DNA from: a virus
Lineage: Duplodnaviria > Caudoviricetes
Virus record (IMG/VR): IMGVR_UViG_3300014204_007089
Span: 32,001 to 96,000 of that record
DNA length: 64,000 bases
Reading direction: 5' to 3' (one strand)
Position numbers and translations under genes: made by a program. The notes beneath the pieces are model-generated. The model was not told the DNA's origin, did not search any database, and saw nothing but the letters and a program-made list of their open reading frames with translations. Shown in pieces: positions 1 to 10,829 of this stretch (its first letter is position 1; each line of letters begins with the position of its first letter).

Positions 1-1
1 T

Positions 2-2575
2 TGATTCTTTATATTTTTTATCAAAATATCCTTGAAGATTATTTATTTGTTCATCAATACTATCAAGTCTTCTTTTAGCATCAGTTGCTGCATCTGTTTC
101 TATTGTATTAGTGGAAGAATTTGATAATACAGATTGTCCAGCTTCATTTTTAGTGAAAAGACTATTTAAATCTACATTAAAACCATCAGCTAACATCATT
201 ATTTCATCTTCAACAGAAGCTCTTTCTCTAAGTAATTTTGTTAATTGTTCATTGTTCGAAACAGCATCTAATCTGGTTTGTGTAATTAAAGTGTTAATAG
301 ATGGATTCATAACTAATTTTTTATAAGGTATAAAATTACCCCAAATACAATTAGTTTTTTCAATATCATTTAATAAACCTTGAATATAAGTAGTTGCAGC
401 TGTAATATTACTAATATTATCATTTGACCCTAATGAATTACCATTTGCAATTGCAGCTTTTAAGAAAGTATCATAGTTATATGGTTGACCAGTAACTAAC
501 ATAGATATTACATTCATAACATCTTGACCGGCAAATGGTTGTGGTGTTAATAATACTGCTCTATTTTCTTCTGTAGAGTTTTCTGGTTTTGAAAGCCAAG
601 TTAAAGTTTGAATTCCTTGTTTCCATCTATAAACTAATCCATTTGGTGCATGAAGTACATTTCTAAATTTACCAAAAGTAATTTCACTTGTTTGTTGTTT
701 TAAATTTTCTTCTGTAACAGAATTACCTTTTTCTGGTCCACTTCCATAAGTTAATAATCCTGTTTGAATTAACATTTTATTTTCTGGTAATAATTGAGGT
801 AAGTCTCCTTCAGTCGTATCTGTTAAAGCAGTTCCAGTTGAAGCATCTAAACTAACATCAAATGGAGTTAGTGGATCGTAAATACTAGCATTAAGAACAT
901 CAGCAGATGGTTGAAAATTTATATACCCTTGAGAAAAATAAGCAGAATTATCATTACAAGTTACTGAAACTGTCCACTTACCATCTGACCACGTTCCAAC
1001 CACACCTTGTCCCATTGCTCCAACAAGACCTGTAAAAATACAAGGTCCTGTAGGTTGACATGTAATATCTTGTTTAAATTGTCTCCATAACCATTTTGGA
1101 AAACCAGCACCAACCATACTGGAACGCTCTATATCTTCAAATGACATTATAGTTTCAAGTTTGCCATTTGTTTGCATATCCCCTACAGTATTATTTATAT
1201 TTTTTAATATAGTATCAAATCTATTTATTAAAGAAAATCCACTTTCATTTTGTTGTTTTTGAAATCCGCCAGGTAAACGATCATCTTCACTAGTCCTACT
1301 TGACATGAAAATTGTAATTACATCCATAGGTTGAATTACATATTTCCCATTAAAAAATAATCTCATTCTATTACGTGCATAATTAATTTCTGCAGATGCT
1401 TGATTTAATTCGGCTTTACTTGTTTGATTATATCCTAATAGAGTAAAAATATTACCTATAATTTGTACAAATTTCTTTTGTTCAGATTTTGTTAATTGAT
1501 TATTTATACTTACATTAATTGAATTATATCCTTCTAAAAATTCAGGTTCAATTTCTACATTGCCACCTGAAATTGTATTACCAATAGAAACAAAAACACT
1601 TGATAAAACTTCTCCTACACTTCCATCTTCTCCTGATAAACCAGTAGAATATTGAAATCTTATATCAGTACTTTCATCATCAAGAATCGCTCTTACTCTT
1701 TTAGAAACAACTGTTCCTGGACTAATTTTAAATGTAATATTGCTAGCATTCCTAGACCTTCTTTCAACTGCTAACTCTCCTTGTAAATCTCTTATTGTAT
1801 TTTCTAATTCTGTTTTGGTAAATTTAAAAAATCCACCTTCTCTGTATACATTTGTAACATCAGTTAAAGCCTGATCAATATCTTGTTCAGTAATTGTTAA
1901 TAAATTATAAGGATCTTCAAGTGTTAAATTAGCACTACCTCCTCCCCATTCTACAGATGTTTTAGTACTAATACTAGAAACAATAGTTAATTCCATTGTT
2001 CCTGGACCTTCTCCAACTTCATCAGAAAAAGAAGCATCCCAATTAGTTGTCCAACTAGTAAAATCAGTTGGCATAGAATAAGATAAAACTTTTCTAAGAG
2101 TTTCTATAGCTGATTTTGTACTAGCATCAAGTGAAAATAAACCAGTAGCTCCACCCAATGTATCTAAACTATCTATTAAATTAATAAATGAAGGTCCTAA
2201 AAATGTATTAAAACTACCACTATCAATTGCTAATTTTTCAATTTTAGTAAGTTTTTCATAAGCTGATATTAATTTGCATTTATTTTGAAATAATTTTTTT
2301 GATGCAGCAATTAGTATTCTTTCTTTTTTTTCTAAATAATCTAATCTAGAATTATTTACTAAAGAAGAAAACATCCTTTTTTTTACTACAACATAAATAT
2401 CTGGTTGTTGAAATAATATAGATCTTTTTCTTGGTCTTAAATTTCGTATAAAACCATTTTCTATATAAGACCTTTCAGCAGATTTATCGCCTAAAACTTT
2501 AACAGTACCTTTTGTATTTTCGCCAATTCCAAATTGATCGTTTATAATATTACCAAGTGAAGATAAGAAATTCAT
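2..2575 (-). CDS. Large virion protein, probably baseplate hub-like; truncated at the window edge and not in the ORF track
   Basis: ATG at 2575 (MNFLSSLGNIINDQFGIGEN...). Spot translation of both ends is in one frame (...LQGYFDKKYKES at the edge). It lies downstream of the tape measure and putative tube-initiator genes; function inferred from synteny. Confidence 0.6.
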   Translation of the reverse strand, partial: MNFLSSLGNIINDQFGIGENTKGTVKVLGDKSAERSYIENGFIRNLRPRKRSILFQQPDIYVVVKKRMFSSLVNNSRLDYLEKKERILIAASKKLFQNKCKLISAYEKLTKIEKLAIDSGSFNTFLGPSFINLIDSLDTLGGATGLFSLDASTKSAIETLRKVLSYSMPTDFTSWTTNWDASFSDEVGEGPGTMELTIVSSISTKTSVEWGGGSANLTLEDPYNLLTITEQDIDQALTDVTNVYREGGFFKFTKTELENTIRDLQGELAVERRSRNASNITFKISPGTVVSKRVRAILDDESTDIRFQYSTGLSGEDGSVGEVLSSVFVSIGNTISGGNVEIEPEFLEGYNSINVSINNQLTKSEQKKFVQIIGNIFTLLGYNQTSKAELNQASAEINYARNRMRLFFNGKYVIQPMDVITIFMSSRTSEDDRLPGGFQKQQNESGFSLINRFDTILKNINNTVGDMQTNGKLETIMSFEDIERSSMVGAGFPKWLWRQFKQDITCQPTGPCIFTGLVGAMGQGVVGTWSDGKWTVSVTCNDNSAYFSQGYINFQPSADVLNASIYDPLTPFDVSLDASTGTALTDTTEGDLPQLLPENKMLIQTGLLTYGSGPEKGNSVTEENLKQQTSEITFGKFRNVLHAPNGLVYRWKQGIQTLTWLSKPENSTEENRAVLLTPQPFAGQDVMNVISMLVTGQPYNYDTFLKAAIANGNSLGSNDNISNITAATTYIQGLLNDIEKTNCIWGNFIPYKKLVMNPSINTLITQTRLDAVSNNEQLTKLLRERASVEDEIMMLADGFNVDLNSLFTKNEAGQSVLSNSSTNTIETDAATDAKRRLDSIDEQINNLQGYFDKKYKES

Positions 2576-2604
2576 ACTTTACCATATATCAGGTTTAACC
2601 TAAA

Positions 2605-3543
2605 TTAAATCGGACGATAACTTGTCAAAGCAGCATCAACAGTAGCTACTACTCTTTTTATTATAGGAGATGCTGAATAACTTGTCTTTGATGAAGGATC
2701 TCTCAAAGTTCCAAATGAATATGGTCTACCAAATAATGGATCTGTATATGATGGACCATGAACAGCACTTCTATGCCAAGGCATATAGTTTAATCGTAAA
2801 CCACGCTTTTGTGTAACTGTAAAATTAATTGAATAATCAAATAATCCAATATTATCAGAACTTTCAGTAACTCCAAAACTTATAAAAAACCCTCTAAATA
2901 CCCAACCAGACCAATACATCTCAGTTTGAAATGCTATTGATGCTAATGTAGGTTGTTGTATTGCCGGATCTGCACTTCCAGTATTTATAACAGAATCAAC
3001 TGTATCAAACATATCATCAATACCTTCTGCTATAAAATTTCCAAAACCAAGATCAACATTTGCATAATTACTAGAATTATTTTTTCTAGCAGCTTCAGCA
3101 GCCATTGCTAAAGCATCCATGGAAACTTGTTCGTTTCTATAAATATCTTCAAGAACATTTATACCCTCAACACCAGAAGAACCTGTTGTACCACGAATAA
3201 CAATTTGTCCTAAATCTTCTCCATAATATTGTATTGAATACCCACCACGTGTTCTTACTGGTGAGGTTATATGTTTCTTATATGAATATTCTATATTTTT
3301 AGGATTTATATACATTTCAACAATACCAGTCTCTGGAAGAAACCAACGAACCATATTTCTTTTTGCAATAGCATCACGTTCATTTGCAATTTGAGCTTGG
3401 CGTACAGCACTTCCTGTTGGAGGTGGTATTACAGCTAAATCACTAAAGCCCTGAGCGTTTCCACCACTTCCTCTAACAACACCTCTGGCATTACTGTACG
3501 AACTGTCAATTCTATTATTTATTTGTTCTAGAAAGTCACCCAT
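2605..3543 (-). CDS. Baseplate / tail-tube initiator-like protein
   Basis: 312 aa; MYINP..I....K....RT.GG...QYYG..L..I...GTTG pattern resembles tube-initiator proteins; directly follows the tape measure gene. Confidence 0.5.
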   Translation of the reverse strand: MGDFLEQINNRIDSSYSNARGVVRGSGGNAQGFSDLAVIPPPTGSAVRQAQIANERDAIAKRNMVRWFLPETGIVEMYINPKNIEYSYKKHITSPVRTRGGYSIQYYGEDLGQIVIRGTTGSSGVEGINVLEDIYRNEQVSMDALAMAAEAARKNNSSNYANVDLGFGNFIAEGIDDMFDTVDSVINTGSADPAIQQPTLASIAFQTEMYWSGWVFRGFFISFGVTESSDNIGLFDYSINFTVTQKRGLRLNYMPWHRSAVHGPSYTDPLFGRPYSFGTLRDPSSKTSYSASPIIKRVVATVDAALTSYRPI

Positions 3544-3563
3544 TTAACACCTCAATTAAATCA

Positions 3564-6308
3564 TTAACCATTAGCATTTCCATTATAAGGACCTGAGCTA
3601 GTATTTAAATTCATATTAGTTACAACAGTTTTTATAACTTCCTCAAGACCATTAAGATCTTCAATCTTAAATGAAACTGTAAGATCTAATGGATCAAATT
3701 TAAAAGTAGAAGGTTCTATAGAACTCCTTTTTTCTTCAGTTTCTTTTCTAGTACCCTTAGCTATTTCTTCAGCTACTGATTCTCTATAGGGCATAGGAGG
3801 AACCGATGTTGATTTTATTTCTTCAACTCTATTTTTATTAATAATAGAAGCTAAATGTTGTTGTAATGTTTTATTAGCTTCTATTTGTGTTCCAGTTTCA
3901 GCAGTTTTGCGTTCACTTTCTGTTGAAGTCTTTGTTACTGGTAAAGATTCTTTTCCTTTATCTATTTCACTAATTGGTTTAGCTGATGTTAATTTTTCAA
4001 ATTGATTAACCGCTTTATCATTATAACCTTTTGTTTCAGTTGTTATATTTGGAGTAATACGACTTGTCTTGTCAATTTTTTCAGCAGATATAACTTCTGG
4101 AAGACCAGGAGTTGTAATAGGACTTCCTTTTTCTGCAATAAATCCAGAAGTTCTTGGAGCAGTTTCTTTAACTGTTAATGATGGTAAATTTGCAACCGGA
4201 GGAATTCCAGCACCAGGTATAGTGGATGGTAATGTAATTGGTTGTTCTGTTATAGCAGATGTTTGTGGTAATGTAGTTGGTTGTGTTATATTAACTGATG
4301 GTGATATAACTGGTGTAGTTTCTTTAGTTAAAGATATTTCTTCAGGTTTTGGTGATGTTGGCAATATATTACCACCTGGTTCTGGTGGTGGTAATCCAGG
4401 AACTGTTATACTTGTAGGTGATGACTTTTCACTAGTTGGCATTCCAGGTATCCTAGGTTCTGATAATTTTAAAACCATTTCTTCTGGAACTATTTTTGTA
4501 CTTTCGGTTTTTGAAATTATTTCTTCTTCTTGTTTACCAGTATATCTTCCAAATACTTTTTTTGCCCAATCTATTGCTTCATTAAAATCTTCAGTAAGAG
4601 ATAAATGTTTTTTATCAGTTCTTGACTCTGTGGTATCTATAAATAAACCACCTTTTGCAGCATCTCTAGAAGCTGCATCAGCTGCTATCATTTCAAGATT
4701 TAAAGCCGATCTTAACTCAATATCTGTACTTTTCATCATTTCTTGATATACTAAATCTTGTGTTAAACGTATCTCTTCAGCTTTTTGATATACTTGCATT
4801 ACAGAATTGCGAAGAGGATCTTGTTTTTGAGTACCAAGATCTATCGCCTGTTCAAGAGCATCTGTTGTTTCGTCTTTTTCTCCTCTTTCAAGTTTTCCAA
4901 TTACACCTTCCTTCATTGCATTTAAAACTTGAGATGCTTGTCTTTCATCATTGATACCAGTCATTTGTGATATCATTTGCATCTGCTTCAAATATTCACT
5001 AGATAAACCAGGATTTTCAACAGCTTCTTTTAATGTAACAATTTGTCCACCAAATTGGCTTTCAATACCTCTAAGAGTCTTAGCCATTACCTCTTCAAGA
5101 TTACCAGTTTGAAGTGCATACTCCATCTTCAAACCACCAGCTAATCCACCTGGTCCTCCAGTAGCTCCTGATATAAAAGCCCCACGTGCAAGATCAAATT
5201 TTTGAACACCAGCTGTAAGACCTGTAATTACTTTTTGTATTGCATCAGGTGATAATTTACTATCGTCAAATGCCTGATCAAATGCTTTTACAACTTTAGT
5301 AGCAGCATCAGTATTATCACCAAGAATATTAAAAGATTTTGCAATATCTAATACAGTTGTAACAAATGCTCCACGTAATTTAGAAGAATCTCCTGCAAGT
5401 CTATATATATTAGATAATGATTCAAAAGCTGCTTGTCCACTAACCCCCATATTAGTATATAATTCATTATATTTTACAGCAACTTCTTCTTGAGTTTTAC
5501 CAAAAGCAGCTGCTACTTTTGAAGTAGCAACCATTTGATTCATTTGCACACCACCAACAGTTATATTTTCACTTAATGAACCTGGAATGGCTTTTAATTT
5601 ATCTTGAAGTTCATTCATAGAAGCTACAGTTTGACCAGTAGCTTGAGCAGACTTTAAAGATAACATTACATAATCATTATAATGAGTATTTAAATCTCTA
5701 AAACCTCTGCCAGTAGAATCAAGAGTTTCACTAAAACGACCTTGAGCAGCTGCCGCTTCTAACACTTTACTTTTTATAAGATATGCAGCATCAGCTCCTT
5801 TAACCATTTCTGCAGTTCTTTTAGGAAAAATTTGTCCAACAGCTTCAAATGCCGTGCTTATTTTTGATCCAGCTTCAACTCCTGCTTGCCCAATATTTCC
5901 AATACCATTAACAGTATCTGGTATTATTCCTAAAAATCTCTCCAATGATATAGCTGCCATAACTCCAGCTGTTTCTGAACCATGAGACGCAATACCCATT
6001 TGTGAAGTAAGTTTTTCATATTCTGTAGTAATTATACTAACAGCTTGTTTACCCAATCTTCCAAAAACTCCAAATTTATCAAAAGCTTCTTCACAATTTT
6101 CAGTAACTTTTTTTAAACCTTCGGCCATAGCTGAAAACTGTGTACCAGATTCAGTACCTAAAAGTTTTAATACTTCCGAAGTATTAGTAGTTGTTTGCCC
6201 TAAATTTTTCAAACCTTCAACAAATTTAGTTACAGAATCAAAAGCATCGCCACTTAATGTTTTAGCGAAATCTATTACTTTTTCAAGAGAAATTACGTCA
6301 TCAGCCAT
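3564..6308 (-). CDS. Tape measure protein with Pro/Thr/Ser-rich C-terminal region
   Basis: 914 aa; Ala/Gly/Gln-rich helical character; canonical position after the sheath-tube-chaperone genes. Confidence 0.7.
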   Translation of the reverse strand: MADDVISLEKVIDFAKTLSGDAFDSVTKFVEGLKNLGQTTTNTSEVLKLLGTESGTQFSAMAEGLKKVTENCEEAFDKFGVFGRLGKQAVSIITTEYEKLTSQMGIASHGSETAGVMAAISLERFLGIIPDTVNGIGNIGQAGVEAGSKISTAFEAVGQIFPKRTAEMVKGADAAYLIKSKVLEAAAAQGRFSETLDSTGRGFRDLNTHYNDYVMLSLKSAQATGQTVASMNELQDKLKAIPGSLSENITVGGVQMNQMVATSKVAAAFGKTQEEVAVKYNELYTNMGVSGQAAFESLSNIYRLAGDSSKLRGAFVTTVLDIAKSFNILGDNTDAATKVVKAFDQAFDDSKLSPDAIQKVITGLTAGVQKFDLARGAFISGATGGPGGLAGGLKMEYALQTGNLEEVMAKTLRGIESQFGGQIVTLKEAVENPGLSSEYLKQMQMISQMTGINDERQASQVLNAMKEGVIGKLERGEKDETTDALEQAIDLGTQKQDPLRNSVMQVYQKAEEIRLTQDLVYQEMMKSTDIELRSALNLEMIAADAASRDAAKGGLFIDTTESRTDKKHLSLTEDFNEAIDWAKKVFGRYTGKQEEEIISKTESTKIVPEEMVLKLSEPRIPGMPTSEKSSPTSITVPGLPPPEPGGNILPTSPKPEEISLTKETTPVISPSVNITQPTTLPQTSAITEQPITLPSTIPGAGIPPVANLPSLTVKETAPRTSGFIAEKGSPITTPGLPEVISAEKIDKTSRITPNITTETKGYNDKAVNQFEKLTSAKPISEIDKGKESLPVTKTSTESERKTAETGTQIEANKTLQQHLASIINKNRVEEIKSTSVPPMPYRESVAEEIAKGTRKETEEKRSSIEPSTFKFDPLDLTVSFKIEDLNGLEEVIKTVVTNMNLNTSSGPYNGNANG

Positions 6309-6670
6309 TAATCAACCACCTTATGCTTTTTCTTTTTTTTACGTTTGCTTTGTTGTTCAGTTTTAACAATTTCTTCATGAAGATTCTTTGCAGTTTCTTC
6401 TGAATCAGTTGTTTCAAAATCAGGTTTATCAGATTTAATAATCTTTTGAGCCATTTCAGGATTAGAAAAAGACCCAATAAATATTGCTTGATTCCTTAAT
6501 TTCTCAGCTTCTAATTCCATATCATGAATCCAACTCTCATACAACCATACTCTTAAATATGGGTTAATATTCTCATAAAAAGGATCATCTGGCAATTTAC
6601 CGAAAGTTTTAACTAAAAATCTAATAAATTGATGCTCTGGAGTTCTAACTACTTTTATTGATTGCCTGTA
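6308..6670 (-). CDS. Tail assembly chaperone, second (T-like) ORF, probably reached by frameshift
   Basis: Frame open 6670-6308 with no ATG near its 5' end; overlaps the 3' end of the upstream chaperone in the +1 frame; ORF track uses a TTG at 6595. Confidence 0.55.
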   Translation of the reverse strand, partial: YRQSIKVVRTPEHQFIRFLVKTFGKLPDDPFYENINPYLRVWLYESWIHDMELEAEKLRNQAIFIGSFSNPEMAQKIIKSDKPDFETTDSEETAKNLHEEIVKTEQQSKRKKKKKHKVVD

Positions 6671-7337
6671 CTACCTCCTTAGCTTGCTCTTGGGTTCTTG
6701 GAATATAACCATCATAAGTTTCTGAACTCAACTCATCAAACTTATTAAATAAATGATCTATTAATGCTCCATCCATTTCAGATATCAAATCTTTTTTAGC
6801 TTCAATTTGTTCTTCATAAGATGAATCAAATGTACCTAATACAAGATCTACTAATTGACCATCAACCATATATAATGAATAAGATAATGCTACAAGCTTC
6901 ATATTATATAAACTTGTTGGTTTGAATGTAGTTCTTCCATCTGATAATACAATTCTTTCAGCTTGCTCAACTGCTTGTGCATAACAATTTTGCTCAAATG
7001 ATTTTAACGATCTTAAAGTAAAAACAGTTGTAATATCATCATTACCAACCGATACATCTTTTGTTTTTCTACCAATGCCGGTAATGATATCAATCCTACG
7101 CATTGCTTCTTTGCTAGATTTTTGTTCTTGTTGTTCTGATTGCTCCATAGCCATTTGTCGTCTACGCGCAACTTCTGCAGGATTAATCATTTGTCTAGTA
7201 GGTTGTTGCGGTAACTCATTTGGTATATTTTCATAATTTTCTTGTCCATCTGGAATACTCCAATTACGAACTGATGGTTGTTGACCAGATCCACTACGTT
7301 GTTTATTACTTCCAATAGCACTATGTATATTTGCCAT
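6645..7337 (-). CDS. Tail assembly chaperone (G-like)
   Basis: 230 aa between tail tube and tape measure; 'FTLRSL' motif resembles tail chaperones. Confidence 0.55.
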   Translation of the reverse strand: MANIHSAIGSNKQRSGSGQQPSVRNWSIPDGQENYENIPNELPQQPTRQMINPAEVARRRQMAMEQSEQQEQKSSKEAMRRIDIITGIGRKTKDVSVGNDDITTVFTLRSLKSFEQNCYAQAVEQAERIVLSDGRTTFKPTSLYNMKLVALSYSLYMVDGQLVDLVLGTFDSSYEEQIEAKKDLISEMDGALIDHLFNKFDELSSETYDGYIPRTQEQAKEVVQAINKSS

Positions 7338-7414
7338 ATTTTATTATATCCTTATTTATAAATCTAAAAAATTTAGATCTTCTCTATCTTAATATATCAA
7401 GAAAATTAAACAAG

Positions 7415-7444
7415 AAAACCCACAAATTTATAATGTGGGTTTTA
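7415..7444 (-). terminator. Rho-independent terminator after the tail tube gene
   Basis: AAAACCCACA-loop-TGTGGGTTTT inverted repeat with T-runs on both strands. Confidence 0.65.
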
Positions 7445-7468
7445 TTATTTTAATTAAAATTTTAATTA

Positions 7469-8134
7469 TTATGCTGACTCAACCGCATTAATTAGACCAG
7501 CTGCATCTAGAGCACCTCGTCTCTTACCAGTATCAGCTTGTTGTTCAAAGGGATCTGTAAATATAGAACGAAGTTTACGAGCCGAAGTAGCTGATCCTGC
7601 ATATGCAGAATTTCCATCAGTAAGATAAGAAAATATTTGTTCAGCTTCCCAACCCATATCTTCAACAATAACAAAATCACCAGAGTTATATGTTACATCA
7701 ATTTTATTAATCCACACATTTTTAATCTCAGTTGTAATCATATGACCTGTAATACCACTAAGACTGGCATTGTTAGAATCTTCTTCTGCTGCAAATATAT
7801 CAAATACTAAAATATCAAATGGAACACGTTGTGCACATACATGAACAAATCCACGAGAAAAAGCTGCTGCAATTCTTAGATTATCAAATCTTGTTCTAGT
7901 ACAACTGCCTGAAATACTTGTTGAAGACTTTGGAACTGAATCTACATGACCATCTGTTCCTACCTCATCAATCATTGCAATTTGACGACTTTCAGAGATT
8001 GATAATTTAGTAACGGCACCAACAGGATTACCATCTACACTGATTATAATATTTGTACTAACACCTGTTCTAGTAGCATTACGACCAGTTGAACTTGTTA
8101 ATTGAGATTCTGTGTGTGGACTGTAATTTACCAT
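7469..8134 (-). CDS. Tail tube protein
   Basis: 221 aa immediately downstream of the sheath; beta-rich tube-like pattern (VDGNPVGAV..LSISESR....IDEVGTDG). Confidence 0.7.
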   Translation of the reverse strand: MVNYSPHTESQLTSSTGRNATRTGVSTNIIISVDGNPVGAVTKLSISESRQIAMIDEVGTDGHVDSVPKSSTSISGSCTRTRFDNLRIAAAFSRGFVHVCAQRVPFDILVFDIFAAEEDSNNASLSGITGHMITTEIKNVWINKIDVTYNSGDFVIVEDMGWEAEQIFSYLTDGNSAYAGSATSARKLRSIFTDPFEQQADTGKRRGALDAAGLINAVESA

Positions 8135-8269
8135 TTATTACCCTCTATATTTTATATTGCCTTATGCCTAATTTGTACTATAGTATTACTTGATTTTTTT
8201 TTGTAAATAAAGAATTTTTATTAAGGTCAAATTTATTATAACTTAACCTTAAATCATCTCAACTTCAAA

Positions 8270-10744
8270 TTAATCTAAACGCCCAACATTAATTGCAATG
8301 AAAATCCAATTAGTAGGATATGTAGGTTGTACCGCTACTGATACATTCCACTGTCTTGGCTCAACTGAATCTTTATTTACTACCAAACCATCATATGCAG
8401 TAATTAATCTTTGTTGTATAAATGACTTCATTAATCCTTGAGCTATTGAAAATAATGTAGCTTTCATTGTTATACTTTCGGCTCTTCCAATATAAGGTAA
8501 AAATGCTCTGCGCATAGTTTTGGAAATATTATCTCTAATAAATACAATACTAATTTCTTCTTCTGTAGCTTCAAGACTAATTGTAGTTGTCTTTCCCCAT
8601 ACAACCTTTCCTCCACCAGCTACTGGTGTTAACAATGTAATACCAGATTTAGAAATATTTTCTTGAACTAATGGAGCATACATCTTATCTCTTAAAATAG
8701 AAAATCCAGATAAAGTCTTATTAGTTAATGGTTCTTGAATTGCAGTATTACCAGAAAAATATCCTGCTGCAGCTGCTGCAATAAAGAAACCATCCATAAG
8801 CTCATTATTAGAACCAGCTTGTATAACGATCTGATCTGGATAAAAATATACAACTCTGTAACTATCTCCAAAAGCATTTTGTACATCATAATTTGTTAAA
8901 TCTTCAGTAATTCCATCTAGAATTTCAGAAACATCATCTCCTTGAATTCCTTCTAGAATACCAATATCTTCAACAGCAGCATCTTGTGTACCTAGTACAT
9001 TTGCAGGAGTTAATCCACTTATTGCTCCGGTTAACAATACACGTTCTTTTCTATTTCTGATATTACTCATGGTTTCGACATGAACTTTACCATTTTGTAA
9101 AATAACACTAATTGTTTGACTTGGAAGTGGTACTACTATGTCTACTTCAATCTTTTCTGCTGAATCATAAGCTTCTACCCAACCAGCATCAAAGAAATCT
9201 GCATCATTTGTATCTACTATAGTTACTCTTAAACTATCACCAGCGCTTAATACAATATCATCAGTTATTAATATTCTACAACTTTCTGTTAAAGGATTTA
9301 ATACAAAGAAATCTACACCAGTTTCAGTTATACCAAACATTGGTGATAAACTTTCTAATTGTAATATACCATTTATAACTGATACTATATTACATTGACC
9401 ATCATTTCCACTTGTTGAATTTTCAATTTGCAAATTCTTACCAGAATCCTCACTTCCAAATTGAACATTTGCACTATATAATGTTGCAGTTGTTGTACTA
9501 GTAACAACTAAATAACCATCATATCCAGTTTTTTCAACAGCATCATCTACAATCACAGTATAAGAATAATCATAAGCAGCACTAGTAATAAAAGATTCTG
9601 GATCATCCCTAAAATCTTGATTATAAAAATCAACTTTATTTGGAATAATTTGAGTTTCTACTCCGGATGAAATACTTGTTATAAAGAAGTTAATATTAGA
9701 ATCAACATCTGGTACAATATTTAATGGAAGTTCAAATATAAATTCTTCAGGATCTGTATTTCCAACAGCTGATTCTACTAATGTATAAGATATACGTCTT
9801 GGAATAGATGGTTTTGCTTGTATAGCAAAAACACCTGGACAACCATTTGCAAATGCTAATTGAGAGCCTAGAGATAATCTATTTTCAGCAGTTGGTTGCC
9901 CATGTTTTGCTACTAAAACATTTAGATCTGTAAAGAATTCCGGATCGTTTAAATCTAATACTGAAATATATTTTGCAATTAAGTTATCACCTCTAACCAA
10001 CGGACCACCAGTAGTTTGAATTATAAAACTATCACCTTCTTGGAATGTTGATACACCTTCTAAAATAGAAAATCGTAAAATAGTATTACTAATAATAGAA
10101 CCATTAGATTGCCAGAAAATTTGATTTCCATATCCATCTAATATAATTCCACTTTCAGAACCACGTGCAATAAATTTAGCATATCCATCCATTGGATTTC
10201 CACCACCATCTCTTCTAACACTTGTACAGCGTATAGTCCAAGTTTCAGGTGGAGAATTAATATCTACTAATGTCAGATTAGAAATAGTACCATTCCCAAT
10301 ATTATTAGTAGAAGATTTATAATATTGATCACCTGTTTGTCTTACAAGTGAAGCTGGTTGCAATTCGATTTGCCCAGTTTCAGGATCTAATCTAGCATCA
10401 AATCTAGAATCAAATGATAATAAATCAACCACATCTTCTGACAGGTTAAGTTCAATTCCATTTTTGAACAATCTAGATCTATTTATTACAACAGGAGCTA
10501 CTACATCTTGTCCTATACCTAATAAAAAGTGACGTCCATCAGAGCCTGTTGAAGATGTGTAAGTTGGATTGAAACCATCGTTTCCGTTACCGTTAGCGGA
10601 ACCAACTAAGGTTTCTTCTTTCAAACCTTCACCTATAATTAAAGCAAGGCGAGAACCAGTTGGTACACTAACGCTACGCTGAAGCGTTTTTGTTTCTGAA
10701 TACACGCCTGGAACTACACTTGTTGCACCTGGAATATTGGCCAT
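8270..10744 (-). CDS. Contractile tail sheath protein
   Basis: N-terminal PGVY motif; C-terminal EEISIVFIRD...VQPTYPTNWIFI typical of the sheath C-terminal domain. Confidence 0.85.
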   Translation of the reverse strand: MANIPGATSVVPGVYSETKTLQRSVSVPTGSRLALIIGEGLKEETLVGSANGNGNDGFNPTYTSSTGSDGRHFLLGIGQDVVAPVVINRSRLFKNGIELNLSEDVVDLLSFDSRFDARLDPETGQIELQPASLVRQTGDQYYKSSTNNIGNGTISNLTLVDINSPPETWTIRCTSVRRDGGGNPMDGYAKFIARGSESGIILDGYGNQIFWQSNGSIISNTILRFSILEGVSTFQEGDSFIIQTTGGPLVRGDNLIAKYISVLDLNDPEFFTDLNVLVAKHGQPTAENRLSLGSQLAFANGCPGVFAIQAKPSIPRRISYTLVESAVGNTDPEEFIFELPLNIVPDVDSNINFFITSISSGVETQIIPNKVDFYNQDFRDDPESFITSAAYDYSYTVIVDDAVEKTGYDGYLVVTSTTTATLYSANVQFGSEDSGKNLQIENSTSGNDGQCNIVSVINGILQLESLSPMFGITETGVDFFVLNPLTESCRILITDDIVLSAGDSLRVTIVDTNDADFFDAGWVEAYDSAEKIEVDIVVPLPSQTISVILQNGKVHVETMSNIRNRKERVLLTGAISGLTPANVLGTQDAAVEDIGILEGIQGDDVSEILDGITEDLTNYDVQNAFGDSYRVVYFYPDQIVIQAGSNNELMDGFFIAAAAAGYFSGNTAIQEPLTNKTLSGFSILRDKMYAPLVQENISKSGITLLTPVAGGGKVVWGKTTTISLEATEEEISIVFIRDNISKTMRRAFLPYIGRAESITMKATLFSIAQGLMKSFIQQRLITAYDGLVVNKDSVEPRQWNVSVAVQPTYPTNWIFIAINVGRLD

Positions 10745-10829
10745 TTATAATCCTCTCAAAGCTATTATTGCCTTATTATATGTTAAACTATTACTATTAG
10801 CTTTGCATAAACTAATACGTAGATATGCA

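Noticed and set aside
4069-4746. 225-aa plus-strand ORF
   Set aside because: Antisense shadow of the Pro/Thr-rich tape measure region; no RBS; all credible genes are on the minus strand
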